Shown here piece by piece: positions 15,960 through 24,634 of a DNA stretch of 60,443 bases. Each line of letters starts with the position of its first letter. Position 1 is the first letter of the stretch. The stretch spans positions 1 through 60,443 of the forward strand of contig JAQTNG010000001.1 of the NCBI GenBank assembly GCA_028714015.1, read 5' to 3'. Position numbers and translations under genes: made by a program. The stretch comes from Elusimicrobiota bacterium. GTDB lineage: Bacteria > Elusimicrobiota > Elusimicrobia > UBA1565 > UBA9628. The notes below the pieces were generated by a model. That model saw nothing but the letters and a program-made list of their open reading frames with translations, did no database searches and was not told where the DNA came from.

Positions 15960-16147
15960 GGTTCCTCCCTCCGGCGACCCAATTCTAGAAGTTGCGCGTT
16001 GAGGACGCCGACGATGGCCTGAGCGTCTCCGCGAGTCGCCGCCCGAGCAAAGAAAGTAACCGAGCCCGCCTCCGTCTCCGTGGGTGTCGGCCCACCGCTA
16101 TCGCGCTTAAAAATATCCTCATCCAGGGCATCGTACTGGTAGATCAC
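15956..16147 (-). CDS. small hypothetical protein, 63 aa
   Basis: GTG start overlaps the upstream TGA. Acidic N-terminus. Confidence 0.6.
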   Translation of the reverse strand: MIYQYDALDEDIFKRDSGGPTPTETEAGSVTFFARAATRGDAQAIVGVLNAQLLELGRRREEP

Positions 16148-16479
16148 GAGCCCCCCTTGTGCAGGTCGGCGCGCAGCGCGCCGATCGCGGCCTCGAGGCG
16201 GTCGCCCAGGACCTTGATGTCGGCGCGGAACTCCTCGCGCAGGCGGTCCTGGTCGACGCGGCGGACGGCGTTGATCCGCAGGTCGTCCAGGTACTCCCAG
16301 GCCTTGCGCTGGCTGGCCTCGAGGCGGTCCAGGTCGTCCTGCTTCTGCTTCATCTCGAGGTCGTGTTCCCGGCGGCTGTTGTTCGTCGCCCAGGTCAGCA
16401 CGCCGGACGCGATGATGGACACGGAGCCCGTGACGGCTCCGACCAGGCCGACGGCGGCTTCGGGGGGCAGACCCAGCAT
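16144..16479 (-). CDS. N-terminal TM plus coiled-coil protein (lysis accessory, i-spanin- or holin-regulator-like), 111 aa
   Basis: ATG 16479. TM segment AAVGLVGAVTGSVSIIASGVLTW followed by a charged helical region. Confidence 0.6.
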   Translation of the reverse strand: MLGLPPEAAVGLVGAVTGSVSIIASGVLTWATNNSRREHDLEMKQKQDDLDRLEASQRKAWEYLDDLRINAVRRVDQDRLREEFRADIKVLGDRLEAAIGALRADLHKGGS

Positions 16480-16481
16480 GG

Positions 16482-17042
16482 TCAGCGCCTCACCGCCGCG
16501 ACGGGCGAGCCGCCGAACAAGAGGGACGGCCCGATGAAGTAGCCGACCGGGTGGCGGCCGAGCGCCTTCCAGGTGTCGGAGAATCGGCCGTCCTCCTCGA
16601 GGTTGAGGTTGGCCAGGACGCCGGCCGACAGCGCGGCGCAGGCGGTCGCCGACGCGGAGCAGTTGAAGAAGCCCTCGACGCGGGTCTTGGCCGGGGCCGA
16701 GAACAGGCCGACGGCGCCCTCGAAGCCCATGATCAGCTGGGGCCCGACGTCCAGCACGGAGCCCAGGGCCAGGTTCGTGTTGCCGCCGCCGGCGCCGCCG
16801 CCCACCACGAGCGGGGCGAAGGACGGGCGATACCACGGGTCGGAGGCCGCGGCGTTGCGGAAGAACACGGGCAGGAGCGTGACCTGGCCGACGCCCTTGT
16901 TCGTTTTCATGGCGCCGGTGAACAGCTCGCCTTGGACGTGGGAGGGGGACAGCGAGACGTGCTGGAAGTACTGCGCGCGGGCCACGAGCGGGGAGGCGAG
17001 CAGGAACAGCGCGGCGGCCAGGATCCGGCGGATCTTCGTCAT
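16482..17042 (-). CDS. secreted protein with cleavable signal peptide, 186 aa
   Basis: SD GAGGAG. Signal peptide MTKIRRILAAALFLLASPLVARA-Q. Gly-rich, beta-rich mature part. Confidence 0.7.
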   Translation of the reverse strand: MTKIRRILAAALFLLASPLVARAQYFQHVSLSPSHVQGELFTGAMKTNKGVGQVTLLPVFFRNAAASDPWYRPSFAPLVVGGGAGGGNTNLALGSVLDVGPQLIMGFEGAVGLFSAPAKTRVEGFFNCSASATACAALSAGVLANLNLEEDGRFSDTWKALGRHPVGYFIGPSLLFGGSPVAAVRR

Positions 17043-17056
17043 GGTGATCTCCTCGT

Positions 17057-17815
17057 TCAGTTGGTCACGGCGGCCAAGTCCTGCTGGAGCTGGGCCAGGT
17101 TGAAGCCGGCCGGCGTCTGGCCCTTCCCGTCCAGGAAGTCCGGGCTCAGGACGGCGTACGCCTCGTCGACGTAGCGGTCCCAGAAGGCCCACGTCACGCG
17201 CTTCAGGGCGCCCCACGTGACGATGTAGAGGCCGTCGGCGTCGTAGGCCGCCACGCTTACCGCGTGGCCGCCCCAGGAGCCGGGCGCGGCGTCCGGGCCG
17301 TCGCCGGCCACGTCCCAGGTGTCCTGCGCCTGCGCGGAGCGCGGGAGCGCCACGCCAAGGTAGAGGCCGCCGAACAGGTACGCGCCGGCGCGGACGTGCG
17401 CGCGGTCGCGCGGGTCCACGGCCGCGTAGGCGCCGATCTTGTGCCCGGCGATGCCCGCCGCGCGCCAGAAGTTCAGCACGTCGAGCTCGACCGCGCCGCG
17501 GTCGGTGCTGGGGTCGGCGGGGTTGTAGCCCGTGATCGCCGAGTAGGCCGCGACGATGTCCGCGTCCGCCGGCGTCACGGCGCTCCCCACGGAGCCCGTC
17601 CACTGCTGGATCAGGTGGCCGGCCGCGGCGCAGGTGCAGTCGCCGAGGCGGTCGTTCGCCAGCATCCCCCACGCGCCGCTCGGGACCGCGCGCGAGTAGT
17701 CCGCGGCCGCCGGGATCTCCGGCAGCTCGGCGGGCAGGTACGCCGCCAGGCGCAGGGTGCGCGGGTCGAGCCGCGGCGCGGCCTTGCCCAGCTTCACGGC
17801 GTTGTGATCGATCAT
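17057..17815 (-). CDS. papain-like cysteine peptidase candidate, 252 aa
   Basis: SD TAGGAGA. NDRLGDCTCAAAGH (Cys nucleophile context) and WGGHAVSVAAYD (His). Family not verified. Confidence 0.6.
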   Translation of the reverse strand: MIDHNAVKLGKAAPRLDPRTLRLAAYLPAELPEIPAAADYSRAVPSGAWGMLANDRLGDCTCAAAGHLIQQWTGSVGSAVTPADADIVAAYSAITGYNPADPSTDRGAVELDVLNFWRAAGIAGHKIGAYAAVDPRDRAHVRAGAYLFGGLYLGVALPRSAQAQDTWDVAGDGPDAAPGSWGGHAVSVAAYDADGLYIVTWGALKRVTWAFWDRYVDEAYAVLSPDFLDGKGQTPAGFNLAQLQQDLAAVTN

Positions 17816-17822
17816 GGTTCTC

Positions 17823-20552
17823 CTAGGGCAAAATAAGCGGCGTGGAGGTCAGCGTGCCGCCGCCTCCGGTGCAGAGAGTCGGCGCGGCGCCGCTCGACCC
17901 GTAGTAGAGCGCGCCGTCCTGCGTGCCGCCGGCGCAACGGACCACGCGCGTCCCGGTCGTCGTTCCGACCAGAACGTCGCCTCCGCCGGCGTTCAGCGCC
18001 AAAGGTTCGGCGGCCACTCCGTTCTTGGCCGCCTGAAGGTGCGCGATGTAGTTCACTTCGTCCACGCCGATGCGGAGCCCCATCGGCGTCGTCGCCGCCT
18101 TGACGAGAATGGCGGCCGCGGAATCGGCCGCAAGAGGTCCAGAACCGCTATCGTGGCTGGACACGAAGACGGCAACGGGGTCGATGGTTCCAATCCCCAT
18201 GCTGCCTTGCACGATCATTCCGTTCGCCGGCGGGTCCGTCGTGACGAAGGTCTTGCCGACGGTCATGCCGCCGTTCCCGCTGAAGCGCGCCATCTTCGTC
18301 TTCGCTCCCCCGGTCGTCGGACCCGTGTACACGACCCAGTCGCCGTAGACGGAGTCGTTGCCGTCCTCCTCGAACTGAAGCGCACCGTTCAGCGTGCCCA
18401 CGCTGTTGCGCAGGCGCGCCACGATGTTGACGTGCGTCGGGTTGGAGGCATCCGGGTCGTCGTTGATGAGGGACAGCGCGGTGTAGTCCACGGTGGTCGC
18501 GGTCGGGGACGACGTGATCGTGCCGCGCGCGTCGATCGCGGTCGTAGGGTTGTTGTTGTTGACGCCCAAGAATCCGCTGGAGTTGACCGCGACGCCTTGG
18601 TCCGCGTTGCCGTATCGGTTCATGTAGATGGCGCCGGCTGCGTTGTCGTATCCGACGTAAGCGCGCCCGACGGCGCTCTGCTTGAATTGGATCTGCGGGC
18701 TTCCCGCCGCGGTTCCGTCGAGCTCAATCGCGCCCCCGGCCGCGGTGTTGGCGAAGCGCGCGACGGGGTTCACGGAGGACTGGACGTCCAGAGGGTCGGC
18801 CGGGTGCGTCAGACCGATGCCGACGTATCCCGCGTCTGTGATCACGGTGTTCGCGCCGTCCAGGTTCGTGAACCAGTAGCCGCCGTAGCCGAGCTGCGAC
18901 CCGTAGAACTTCAGGAAGCCGAGCGTGTCCGTCCCGCTCGTCGTGCGGCCCATGCCGTAGTAGTAGGCCGAGTTCCCGAGGCGCATTTGCTCGCCGTCTG
19001 CAGCGGTCTGAACGTCGAGAAGTTCCTCGACCTTTAGCTCCGAATCGTTGATGAGGACGCGCTCGACTCCTCCCGTCAAACCGCGGATGGCGTCCGTCGG
19101 AGAGCCGTAGAACCACCAGCCGGCGTCTTGCGTGGTGGACATCTTCGACCCGATGCCGACGCCGTCGGGCGTGTTGATGTTGCCGACCATCGTGCCGCCC
19201 GCCAGCGGCAGGTAGACCCCGACGATGCTCCCCGTGCTGGGGATGCCCGTCAGGTGCGACCCGTCGCCGAAGAACGCCGAGGCGTTCACGCTCGACGCGC
19301 TGGTGACGTAGCCGCTCGACCCCGTCAGGCCCAGCGGCGCGCCGACGAGCGTCCAGCTGGAGAAGCTGGTCTGCGCGTGGCTCCAGGCGTTGTCCACGTT
19401 CGAGAAGGCGGTCCACGTCGAGACGCCGGGGATGTCGAACTGCGTGGCGCTCGTGAGCCGGCCGTCGGTGCCGACCGTGACCTGCGCGGACTTGCTCGGG
19501 CCGCCGTAGGTGCCCGCGGCCACGCCCGTGACCGTGATCGACGACGCCGGCACGCTGTTCGGGAGCGTCCCGGCCTGGAGGTTCGCCAGCGGCACGACGA
19601 CGCCGGAGGGGAAGGTGCCCGCGGTGACGGAGGACGCGCCCACGAAGATCGGGAGCTGGGTCGCGCTGGTCAGGCGGCCGTCGGTCCCCACCGTGATCTG
19701 GGGCGCGTAGGTGCCGCTGCCGTAGGTCCCGGCCGTGACGCCGGTCACGGTGATCGAGGAGGCGGCGTAGCTGGTGGGCCAAGTGCCCGTGGCGATCTGC
19801 GACTGGAGGATGGTGCCGGTGTAGTAGGTGGCGGTCGCGCGCAGGATCCCGTAGACGGACGAGCCGTTCACGTAGGCGATCGAGTTCGACGAGACTGCGA
19901 TGGACGTCGGCAAGCTGCTCCCGGTCAGGCGCGCGACGGGGATGTTGTAGAGGTTGGTGCCGCTGACGGCGGGCGAGGAGACCCAGACCGGCGCGCCGCC
20001 GGGGGTGCCCTGCAGCAGCTGCTGGGGGATGCCGGGCGAGTCGAGCGTGTCCATGTGCCCGGTGCTGTCGAAGTAGGGGAGGCTCCCCGCGGCCACGGCC
20101 GCGAAGTTTTGGCCCGTGCCGCCGTACTGGACGGGGACCGGCGTGCCGTTCCAGGTGCCGGAGCTGATGTGGCCGACGCCCGTGATGCCCTGGTAGTTCC
20201 CCGCGACGACGGCCGCGGGCACGGTCCCGGAGGTCAGCTCGGAGGCATTGAGATCGGTCAGCGCCGCCCCGTTGCCGGTCAGGTTGGCGATCGTGACGTT
20301 GGTCAGGTAGGCCCAGGTGATCGTGGCCGTGCTGGCCGTGAAGGCCCCGCGGATGGTCGCGGTGCCGATGTTGATCTGGGCATTCTGCGGGGTCGCGCTG
20401 TTCTGGATGCAGGTCGGGCAGTACTGGGCGCGCGCGCGCAGCGCCGCGCCGGCCACGAGGGCCAGCGCCAGCGCCGCGACCTGCAGCCACCGCCGGGGCG
20501 CCGACGAGCCGGGGAGGTTCGGCCCGTCAGCGCCCCCGTCCAGGGGGCTCAT
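17823..20552 (-). CDS. tail-fibre-like protein with an RR-containing N-terminal signal/anchor, 909 aa
   Basis: APRRWLQVAALALALVAGAALRARA-Q, then LNASELTSGTVP..YGGTG and fibre-type repeats. Ser/Thr/Gly-rich. Confidence 0.8.
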   Translation of the reverse strand: MSPLDGGADGPNLPGSSAPRRWLQVAALALALVAGAALRARAQYCPTCIQNSATPQNAQINIGTATIRGAFTASTATITWAYLTNVTIANLTGNGAALTDLNASELTSGTVPAAVVAGNYQGITGVGHISSGTWNGTPVPVQYGGTGQNFAAVAAGSLPYFDSTGHMDTLDSPGIPQQLLQGTPGGAPVWVSSPAVSGTNLYNIPVARLTGSSLPTSIAVSSNSIAYVNGSSVYGILRATATYYTGTILQSQIATGTWPTSYAASSITVTGVTAGTYGSGTYAPQITVGTDGRLTSATQLPIFVGASSVTAGTFPSGVVVPLANLQAGTLPNSVPASSITVTGVAAGTYGGPSKSAQVTVGTDGRLTSATQFDIPGVSTWTAFSNVDNAWSHAQTSFSSWTLVGAPLGLTGSSGYVTSASSVNASAFFGDGSHLTGIPSTGSIVGVYLPLAGGTMVGNINTPDGVGIGSKMSTTQDAGWWFYGSPTDAIRGLTGGVERVLINDSELKVEELLDVQTAADGEQMRLGNSAYYYGMGRTTSGTDTLGFLKFYGSQLGYGGYWFTNLDGANTVITDAGYVGIGLTHPADPLDVQSSVNPVARFANTAAGGAIELDGTAAGSPQIQFKQSAVGRAYVGYDNAAGAIYMNRYGNADQGVAVNSSGFLGVNNNNPTTAIDARGTITSSPTATTVDYTALSLINDDPDASNPTHVNIVARLRNSVGTLNGALQFEEDGNDSVYGDWVVYTGPTTGGAKTKMARFSGNGGMTVGKTFVTTDPPANGMIVQGSMGIGTIDPVAVFVSSHDSGSGPLAADSAAAILVKAATTPMGLRIGVDEVNYIAHLQAAKNGVAAEPLALNAGGGDVLVGTTTGTRVVRCAGGTQDGALYYGSSGAAPTLCTGGGGTLTSTPLILP
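19440..19763 (-). repeat. two copies of an intragenic fibre repeat of about 36 aa
   Basis: SSITVTGVTAGTYG..QITVGTDGRLTSATQ (19653-19763) and SSITVTGVAAGTYG..QVTVGTDGRLTSATQ (19440-19547). Confidence 0.7.
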
Positions 20553-20553
20553 G

Positions 20554-21903
20554 CTACTGCCCCTGCGCGTTCACCTGCAGGGTCAGGGCGCCCGCGTCCG
20601 GCGCCGTGACGTTGACGCCGAGGTAGCGGAACGGCAGCGCACCGAAGCTCCACACGGAGGTGCCCGGCGTGGAGTAGGTCACGCTCGAGACGCCCGCGAG
20701 GTCGGTCCAGGGGCCGCTGGCGCTGTTGGAGACGCTCCAGGAGAAGCCCGCGCTCCCGGTGTCGAACGGCAGGGGCGTGAGGCTGTAGGTCTTCGCCGCG
20801 GTCAGCGTGCTCGAGGACGCCAGCGGGATCAGGACGGCGTTGACCGCGTTGGCCGAGGACGTGGCGAGGCCGAGCAGGTTGGCGTCGGCCGCGAGGACGT
20901 AGTAGGTCGTCTGGTTCGTGAGGCCGGAGATCGCCGGGGAGCCGACGCCCGTGCTGTAGAGGACCGGGAGGCCCGTCACGAAGCCGTTGGAAGGCGCCGA
21001 GAGGAAGCTGGCGTTCAGGGTCCAGGACGGCGTCACGCCCCCGTACAGAGCCGGGCCGAAGACGGACACGGCGGCGCTGTTCGAGGTCGCCAACGGGAGG
21101 TTGTAGGTGGACCCGGCGCTCTTGCTCTGCAGCGCCACGATCCCCGCGGTCGCGCCGCTGCCGGCCGTGGCGGTCACGAAGGTGTTCAGCGGGGCCTTCG
21201 CGTTGATCGCGGTGGCTAGGTTCGAGGCCGAGGTCGCGGAGTCGACGCCCACGGTGAAGTTGGTGTTCGCCTTGAACGGCGTCCCGTTGACCGTGACGAC
21301 GGCCGAGTCGCGCCCGCCGAGGAAGGTCGCGCTCGACACCGTCAGCGTGGTCGTGTTGTTGGTCACGACGCTGATGGCGTTGTAGAGGCCGCCGACCGGC
21401 GCCGTCGCGTAGACGACCGCGCCGGAAGCGATGAACTGGACGCCGCCGAGGCACGAGCTGTTGTTCGTGAGCGCCTCGGCCAGGTTGATGGCCGCCGAGG
21501 AGACGTTCGGCCCGTAGACCCAGTCGCGGTTGACGCGCACGACGACCGCGCCGGGCGGGATCGGGCAGGACATGGAGACGAAGTCGCCGAGCGCGCCGGA
21601 CGTGGACTTGACCACGATGGACTCGGTCGCGGCCGCGGTCGACAGCTTCGTGTTGTCGGCGATCGTGATGCTGCCCGTCGAGACCTGGCCGGTCGTGAAC
21701 GTCGCGGCCGAGAAGGTGGGGGTCGAGTAGTCCACGACGGCGCTCAGGCTCTGCACGCCGCCGCCGAGGCTGATCGGGACCACCTGCGAGACGGCGTAGG
21801 TGCCGCTGACGACGGTGCCGCCCAGGAAGGCGTAGGCGACGCGCGCGCCGACCGCGAGCGCGGAGAGCAGCGCGGCGGTGAGCGCCAGAGATTTCAGCTT
21901 CAT
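20554..21903 (-). CDS. secreted Ser/Thr/Ala/Val-rich beta-rich protein, 449 aa
   Basis: ATG 21903 follows GAGGGGG. Signal peptide MKLKSLALTAALLSALAVGARVAYA. The track start at 21960 lies inside the terminator. Confidence 0.75.
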   Translation of the reverse strand: MKLKSLALTAALLSALAVGARVAYAFLGGTVVSGTYAVSQVVPISLGGGVQSLSAVVDYSTPTFSAATFTTGQVSTGSITIADNTKLSTAAATESIVVKSTSGALGDFVSMSCPIPPGAVVVRVNRDWVYGPNVSSAAINLAEALTNNSSCLGGVQFIASGAVVYATAPVGGLYNAISVVTNNTTTLTVSSATFLGGRDSAVVTVNGTPFKANTNFTVGVDSATSASNLATAINAKAPLNTFVTATAGSGATAGIVALQSKSAGSTYNLPLATSNSAAVSVFGPALYGGVTPSWTLNASFLSAPSNGFVTGLPVLYSTGVGSPAISGLTNQTTYYVLAADANLLGLATSSANAVNAVLIPLASSSTLTAAKTYSLTPLPFDTGSAGFSWSVSNSASGPWTDLAGVSSVTYSTPGTSVWSFGALPFRYLGVNVTAPDAGALTLQVNAQGQ

Positions 21904-21918
21904 GTGGTAGTCCCCCTC

Positions 21919-21953
21919 AAAAAAAAGGCCCCGGCATATGCGTTGCCGGGGTC
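21919..21953 (-). terminator. intrinsic terminator (minus strand)
   Basis: Stem CCCCGGCA/TGCCGGGG (21944-21951/21929-21936) with a 7-nt loop, followed by T8 (21919-21926). Confidence 0.7.
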
Positions 21954-21995
21954 CCTTCACGGATGCCCGTTGTCCCTGCGCCCTGCGTCCGGTCT

Positions 21996-22004
21996 ATTAT
22001 AACA
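21996..22004 (-). promoter_or_regulatory. possible extended -10 promoter (TGTTATAAT)
   Basis: Minus-strand TGT-TATAAT at 22004-21996. The -35 is weak (ATGGAA). Lies about 45 nt upstream of the 21919-21953 terminator. Confidence 0.3.
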
Positions 22005-22030
22005 GGATTGGCCCGAATTTCCATAGCCCG

Positions 22031-23116
22031 TCAGTAATAATACTCGTCCACGATGATGAGGCCGCTGCCGCCGTTGCCGCCGTAGTACGACGCGCCGCCC
22101 GCGCTCGTCGCGCCCGCGCCGCCCGCCCCGACGGAGTAGGAGTACGACGCGGCGGGGGAGACGATCGTCTTCTCCGCGTAGGCGCCCGCGCCGCCGCCGC
22201 CTGGGTAGGCCCAGCCGAGGCCGTAGTAGTTCTCGTTGAAATACGCGCCCGTGCCTCCGGCGCCGGTGTTTGCCGGAGCGCTCGCTCCGGGCAGTATGTA
22301 GGCCAGCGAGCCGTTGAAGTCCACGGCCGGGACGCACGCGAAGCGCGACGCGCCGCCGCGGCCGTTCTTGTTCACGGTCGGGTAGTCGTTGATGCCCGTG
22401 CCGCCCACGCCGCCCGGGATGTTCACGTCGCCGCCGGTGGCGACGCCTCCCGCCCCTCCGACGCCGACCCCGGGGGGAGTGCTCTGTCCGTTCTGCGAGC
22501 CCTGGCCGCCCGCGCCGCCGCCGCAGCTGATGCTGCCGAAAGTCGTCGCGCCGCCTGCCGTGCCGTAGCGGACCGTGTTGTCCGCGCTCCCGCCGCCGCC
22601 GCCGCCGCCGACAGCCCGCACGCGGATCTGCGTACAGCCCGTCGGGGGCACGTAGGTGCCGGACCCCGTGGTCAGGACGGTGCGCGTCGGGCTCTTGGCC
22701 TGGTGCGCGTTGGGGAAGGCGGTCCGCTGCCAGAAGGCGTTGGACGCTCCGGCGGGCGGCGTGTTGTTCAGGTTCGAGTCGACCAGGGAGATATAGATGC
22801 TCCCGCCGTATTGGACGACCGAGTGCAGGTAGTACGTCGTCGTGCTGTTCCACTCGCCGAAACCGTTCTGGAGCAAGTAGGCCAGCTGGTAGAAGATGAC
22901 GTAGTCGACGGCGTTGCGGTCCTGGTAGTACGGGGCGAAGACGCCCTGGTACTGCGCCACGGTCCAGCCGAGCGACCAGGACGCGGTCTGCAGGTCGTCG
23001 GGGTCGGTGCTGTAGACGAGCGCCCCGCCGACCTCCTTGGCGGCGAACTCGCTGATGCCGGTCGCGCCGGCGCTGACGCCGAACAGCTGCGCGGTGACGC
23101 GGGTGATCTTCGCCAT
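22031..23116 (-). CDS. tail fibre protein with glycine-rich C-terminal domain, 361 aa
   Basis: Conserved N-terminus MAKITRVTAQLFG. Gly runs and the terminal GGNGGSGLIIVDEYYY. Paralogue of 23120..23983. Confidence 0.8.
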   Translation of the reverse strand: MAKITRVTAQLFGVSAGATGISEFAAKEVGGALVYSTDPDDLQTASWSLGWTVAQYQGVFAPYYQDRNAVDYVIFYQLAYLLQNGFGEWNSTTTYYLHSVVQYGGSIYISLVDSNLNNTPPAGASNAFWQRTAFPNAHQAKSPTRTVLTTGSGTYVPPTGCTQIRVRAVGGGGGGGSADNTVRYGTAGGATTFGSISCGGGAGGQGSQNGQSTPPGVGVGGAGGVATGGDVNIPGGVGGTGINDYPTVNKNGRGGASRFACVPAVDFNGSLAYILPGASAPANTGAGGTGAYFNENYYGLGWAYPGGGGAGAYAEKTIVSPAASYSYSVGAGGAGATSAGGASYYGGNGGSGLIIVDEYYY

Positions 23117-23119
23117 GGG

Positions 23120-23983
23120 CTAGTAGTAGTACTCCACGATGATGATGAGGCCGGAGCCGCCGCCGTAGGTGCCGGATCCTCCCGCGCCGATCGCGTAGCT
23201 GGTCGCGGTCGGAGAGGCGACCGACCCCTCGACGTAGCCGCCCGCGCCGCCGCCCCCGCCGCCCGAGCCCGAGTTCGCCGCGGCCGCGACGGTCTTGCTG
23301 CCCGCGCCGCCGAAGGGCGACGAGCCACCGTCGGTGCCGCCGACCGCGCCGACGAGGTTGACCGAGCCGCCGCTGGCCGAGCCGCCCGCGCCGCCCGTGT
23401 AACCGCTGGCCGCGCCGCCGCCTCCGGCCGTGAAGCCGCCGAACGTCGTGTCGCCGCCCGCGCCGCCGCTGCCGCCGCCGCCGCCGACCATGCGCACGCC
23501 GATCGCCACGCAGCCCGTCGGCGGAGTATACGTGCCCGAGCCGGACGTCAGCACGGTCGTCGTCGGCTGCGCGCTCATGTTGCGCCAGTCGCTCGTGTGC
23601 GTGTCGGGCTGGTTGCCGGTGTTGTTGTCCGTCAGGGAAATGTAGAACAGACCGCTGTACTGGACGACGGAGCCGATATAGTAGGTCGTGGCCGCGTCGT
23701 ACTCCGCGAGCCCCTGCTGGAGCAGGTAGGCGATCTGGTACGTCGCCACGAGATCCACGCCGTTGCGGTCTTGCTTGTACTCGGAGTTGTTCGTCGCGTT
23801 GAGCGCGGGGCCCCAGCCGTCGGCCCACCACGAGCCGCCGCCGCCGCTCATGATGACGGCAGGGTCCACGGTGTAGTTCGGCGTGCCGCTCAGGACCTTG
23901 GAGCCGAACTGCTCGACCTGGTTCGAGCCGGAGGAGAGCCCTCCGCAGAAGATGCTCGCCGTCTTCCTGATGATCTTGGCCAT
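23120..23983 (-). CDS. tail fibre protein with glycine-rich C-terminal domain, 287 aa
   Basis: MAKIIRKTASIF.. and the terminal GGGSGLIIIVEYYY. Paralogue of 22031..23116. Confidence 0.8.
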   Translation of the reverse strand: MAKIIRKTASIFCGGLSSGSNQVEQFGSKVLSGTPNYTVDPAVIMSGGGGSWWADGWGPALNATNNSEYKQDRNGVDLVATYQIAYLLQQGLAEYDAATTYYIGSVVQYSGLFYISLTDNNTGNQPDTHTSDWRNMSAQPTTTVLTSGSGTYTPPTGCVAIGVRMVGGGGGSGGAGGDTTFGGFTAGGGGAASGYTGGAGGSASGGSVNLVGAVGGTDGGSSPFGGAGSKTVAAAANSGSGGGGGGAGGYVEGSVASPTATSYAIGAGGSGTYGGGSGLIIIVEYYY

Positions 23984-23989
23984 AGTGTT

Positions 23990-24631
23990 TTATCCTGGAA
24001 CGACGACGATGTCCACGCCGGCGGGGTGTGGGAAGGCTCCGATGTGGTTGACGATGCCGAAGAGCGTGCCCGGGTCGCTGGAGCTCTGCGTATAGGTGAG
24101 CTGCATGGGCGCCGTCTCCTCGACGGTGACGTAGGTCCCGAAAAATTCGTAGAGGATCGCGTCGATGACCTCGACGGTGTAGTCCGCGTGGTTGACGGCG
24201 GCCAGGTACTGGATGAGCTGGATCATCTGCGCGTCGGAGAGCGTGTAGCCGCTGCCCTCGACCTGGTTGGTGCTGAGCCAGTAGTCTGTCGGCGGCGTGG
24301 CGGCCACCGCATCGCCGTAGCCTCCGGTCAGCGGGTTGTAGGAGCCGGTGGTGTCCTGCTGGCCGAAGTAGGTCAGGGTCGGGTCATAGGTCGGAAGCAC
24401 GCGCTGCGCGCCGACGAACTGGCCCAGGATGTCGAGCTGGTCTCCCACGGCGACGGCCTGCCCGTAGATGCTGGTCAGCGCGAAGCCATCGAGGACCTGG
24501 CCGACGATCTGCGAGGCGATCGCGGTCGTGGCCAGCAGGTCGATGGTGTCCTGCGCCTTGGGCGTGGCGGGCCCGCTCCACTGGATCGGGAGCAGCTTGA
24601 CGTAGGTGGCGACGAGTTCGGCGTCGGTCAT
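23990..24631 (-). CDS. baseplate/fibre-adaptor protein (DUF2612-like by position and size), 213 aa
   Basis: Lies between the baseplate J-like gene and the fibre genes. Family call is tentative. Confidence 0.55.
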   Translation of the reverse strand: MTDAELVATYVKLLPIQWSGPATPKAQDTIDLLATTAIASQIVGQVLDGFALTSIYGQAVAVGDQLDILGQFVGAQRVLPTYDPTLTYFGQQDTTGSYNPLTGGYGDAVAATPPTDYWLSTNQVEGSGYTLSDAQMIQLIQYLAAVNHADYTVEVIDAILYEFFGTYVTVEETAPMQLTYTQSSSDPGTLFGIVNHIGAFPHPAGVDIVVVPG

Positions 24632-24634
24632 GGG

